A stretch of 64,000 nt of DNA from Heptranchias perlo (taxonomy: Eukaryota). This document shows positions 61,351 through 64,000 of the stretch, piece after piece; positions within the stretch are counted from its first letter, which is position 1, and the number at the start of each line of letters is the position of its first letter. The stretch covers positions 2,914,001 through 2,978,000 of the forward strand of contig NC_090340.1 in NCBI RefSeq assembly GCF_035084215.1. Direction: 5' to 3'. The notes below the pieces were generated by a model. It made no database searches and had not been told where the DNA came from. It worked only from the letters and a program-made list of their open reading frames with translations. The position numbers and the translations under genes are program-made.

Positions 61351-63820
61351 GACCCTATTGGTCTCGCGGCGGACACAGAGGAATTCATCAGGAGAATGAG
61401 GCTTCGGGAATTCTTCCACAAATCACAAGATTTCAGTAGCGAACCCAATGAGACAATCAACGATCCGGAACAGCAGACAGAGGGATCCGCGGTACAGCAA
61501 CCGAAGAAGAAAGAGTCAAACTGGACTCCTCCAGAGGGTCGGTGCCCTAAGCTTGACATGTATGCTAAAGCTGTCAGGAAATGCGTCAATGCCAGATTCA
61601 TCAGCCGCACTCACAATACAGTCCAGAATGTCATCCGAGCACAACGCAACGCCATCGACGCTCTCAAGACCAACCGCAACATCGTCATCAAACCAGCAGT
61701 CAAAGGAGGAGCCATCATCATACAGAACAGAACGGACTATTGAAAAGAAGCATACCGACAACGGGACAACCAGGAACACTACAGACGGTTACCCACAGAT
61801 CCTACCAAGGAACACTCCCACCAGCTCAACAAACTGATCAAGACCTTCGATCCAGACCTTCAAAGCATCCTACGCGCTCTCATCGCACGTACTCCGCGCG
61901 TGGGAGACTTCTACTGCCTCCCTAAGATATACAAATCCAACACACCCGGACGTCCTATCGTATCAGGCAATGGAAACCTGCGTGAGAAACTCTCTGGATA
62001 CGTCGAGGGCATCCTGAAGCCCATCGGACAGGGAACTCCCAGCTTCTGTGGCGACACTACAGACTTCCTACAAAAACTCAGAATCCACGGACCAGTTGAA
62101 CCAGGAACACTTCTCACCACGATGGACGTCTCGACACTCTACACCAGTATCCCCCACGATGACGGCATTGCTGCAACAGCATCAGTACTCAACACCAACA
62201 ACAGCCAATCCCCAGACGCCATCCTACAACTCATCTGCTTCATCCTGGATCACAATGCCTTCACCTTCGACAACCAGTTCTTTACCCAAACGCACTGAAC
62301 AGCCATGGGGACCAAATTCGCACCCCAATACGCCAACATTTCCGTGCACAAGTTCAAGCAGGACTTCTTGACTGCACAGGACTTCGAACCAAACCTATAC
62401 ACCAGATACATCGACGAAATTTTCTTCCAATGGACCCATGGTGAAGAATCACTGAAGAGACTACACGATAACATCAACAAGTTTCATCCCTCCATCAAGC
62501 TCACCATGGACTACTCCTCAGAATCGGTTTCTTTCTTGGACACACGAACCTCCATTAAAGACGGGCAACTCAGCACCTCACTCTACCACAAGCCCACGGA
62601 CAACCTCACGATGCTCCACTTTTCCAGCTCCCACCCTAACCACGTCAAAGATCCATCCCCTATGGACAGGCCCTGCGAATACACAGGAGGAACGCGATGG
62701 ACACCTACAATCGCTGAAAGACACCCTCGTAAGAACGGGATATGATGCTCGACTCGTCGATCGACAGTTCCGATGGGCCACAGCGAAAAATCGCATAGAC
62801 CTCCTCAGAAGATTAACACGGGACGCAACCGACAGATTACCCTTCGTCGTCCAGTACTTCCCCGGAGCGGAGAAACTACGCCATGTTCTCCTCAGCCTTT
62901 AACATGTCATCGATGACGACGAACACCTCGCTTAAGGCCATCCCCACACCTCCACTACTCGCCTTCAACCAGCCACCCAACCTGAAACAGACCATCGTTC
63001 GCAGCAAATTACCCAGCTTTCAGGAGAACAGCGTCCACGACACCACAGAACCCTGCCGTGGCAACCTCCGCAAGACATGCCAGATCATCGACACAGATAC
63101 CACCATCACACGAGAGGACACCACCCACCAGGTACATGGTTCATACTCCTGTGACTCGGCCAACGTTGTCTACCTCATACATTGCAGTAAAGGTTGCCCC
63201 CAAGCATGGTACATTGGCGAGACCATGCAGACACTGCGACAACGGATGAACGGACACCGCACAACAATCGCCAGACAGGAGAGTTCCCTCCCAGTCGGGG
63301 AACACTTCAGCAGTCAAGGACATCCAGCCACCGATCTTCGGGTAAGCGTTCTCCAAGGCAGCCTTCGAGACAAACGACAACGCAAAATCGTCGAGCAGAA
63401 ATTGATAGCCAAGTTCCGCACCCATGAGGATGGCCTCAACTGGGATCTTGGGTTCATGTCACGCTACACGTAACCCCACCAGCGAAAAAAAGTTGTCTGT
63501 TTTTAATACCACGGGTCATTCTCTGTCTTTCACTTCCTTTCGGATGCTTCTCTCTCTCTCTCTGTGTTTTGTTTTGGCCTATTGTGTATTCGGTGGTCCT
63601 GTAGGTAACATCCCTCTGTCTGAACACTTTGATTGCCTTGACAACGTGCAGTTGGAAAGATTATCTGTAATCACCGAGTATTGTTCTCTGACTATAAATG
63701 CGGTAACTTTCCATGGAATCCGAATCCCACACTCACCTGACGAAGGAGAAAGCCTCCGAAAGCTTCTGATTTTCAAATAAAACAGTTGGACTATAACGTG
63801 GTGTTGTAAGATTCCTTGCA
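61351..63820 (+). mobile_element. Penelope-like retroelement (RT plus GIY-YIG), degraded, right arm
   Basis: Same RT motifs (RYIDEIF), a Cys-rich linker PCRGNLRKTC, and GIY-YIG VVYLIHC...WYIGET..LRQRMNGH...E..LI. Confidence 0.95.
63733..63769 (+). ncRNA. Minimal type I hammerhead ribozyme-like motif in the Penelope 3' region
   Basis: TCAC-CTGACGA-A-GGAG-AAAGC-CTCC-GAAA-GCTT-CTGA contains the CUGANGA and GAAA core, stem II and a palindromic AAGCTT. Confidence 0.65.
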
Positions 63821-64000
63821 CTTTTTCTGGCAACTTTATATGACTCCTCTTTGGATCTAATACTATTCTTAATTTCTTTTGTTTGTCATGGTTGGGCCGC
63901 TTTTCCTTTTGAGTTTTTGTGCCAGAAAGGAATGTATAATTGTTGCAATTCATATATTCGTTCCTTAAATGTTATCCAATGCCCATCAACCGTCATGCCT

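Larger units (their letters stand above)
57388..64000 (-). mobile_element. CR1 LINE (57388-58682 plus 63820-64000), host of the Penelope dimer
   Basis: [25 protein letters not shown] and YLDFQKAFDKVP motifs. The sequence resumes after 63820. Confidence 0.88.

Overview
Vertebrate genomic DNA, most likely from a cartilaginous fish (inferred from the repeat families). About 60% is nested non-LTR retrotransposon debris: several CR1 families including one near-intact full-length copy, a tRNA-headed EN-RT LINE, a Penelope-like inverted dimer, Deu-type SINEs and a palindromic hammerhead-bearing element. Two relatively repeat-poor islands (about 13-22 kb and 38-46 kb) each hold a multi-exon immunoglobulin-superfamily gene on the minus strand, which I reconstructed by hand from splice sites. 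Both have the layout 55-nt leader exon, germline-joined VJ-type V exon, C1-set exon, TM exon and cytoplasmic exon. They are divergent tandem paralogs (about 41% V and 47% C1 identity by manual alignment) with an antigen-receptor-like but non-rearranging VJ-C1 design. Gene A has a TM arginine and a short tail (activating type). Gene B has an uncharged TM and either a very short tail or, after a 1-nt frame correction, a tyrosine-containing tail encoded by a further 70-codon exon. The best candidate for an undescribed system is this paired or heterodimeric VJ-C1 receptor locus. Most ORFs in the supplied track are fragments or antisense shadows of retroelements.
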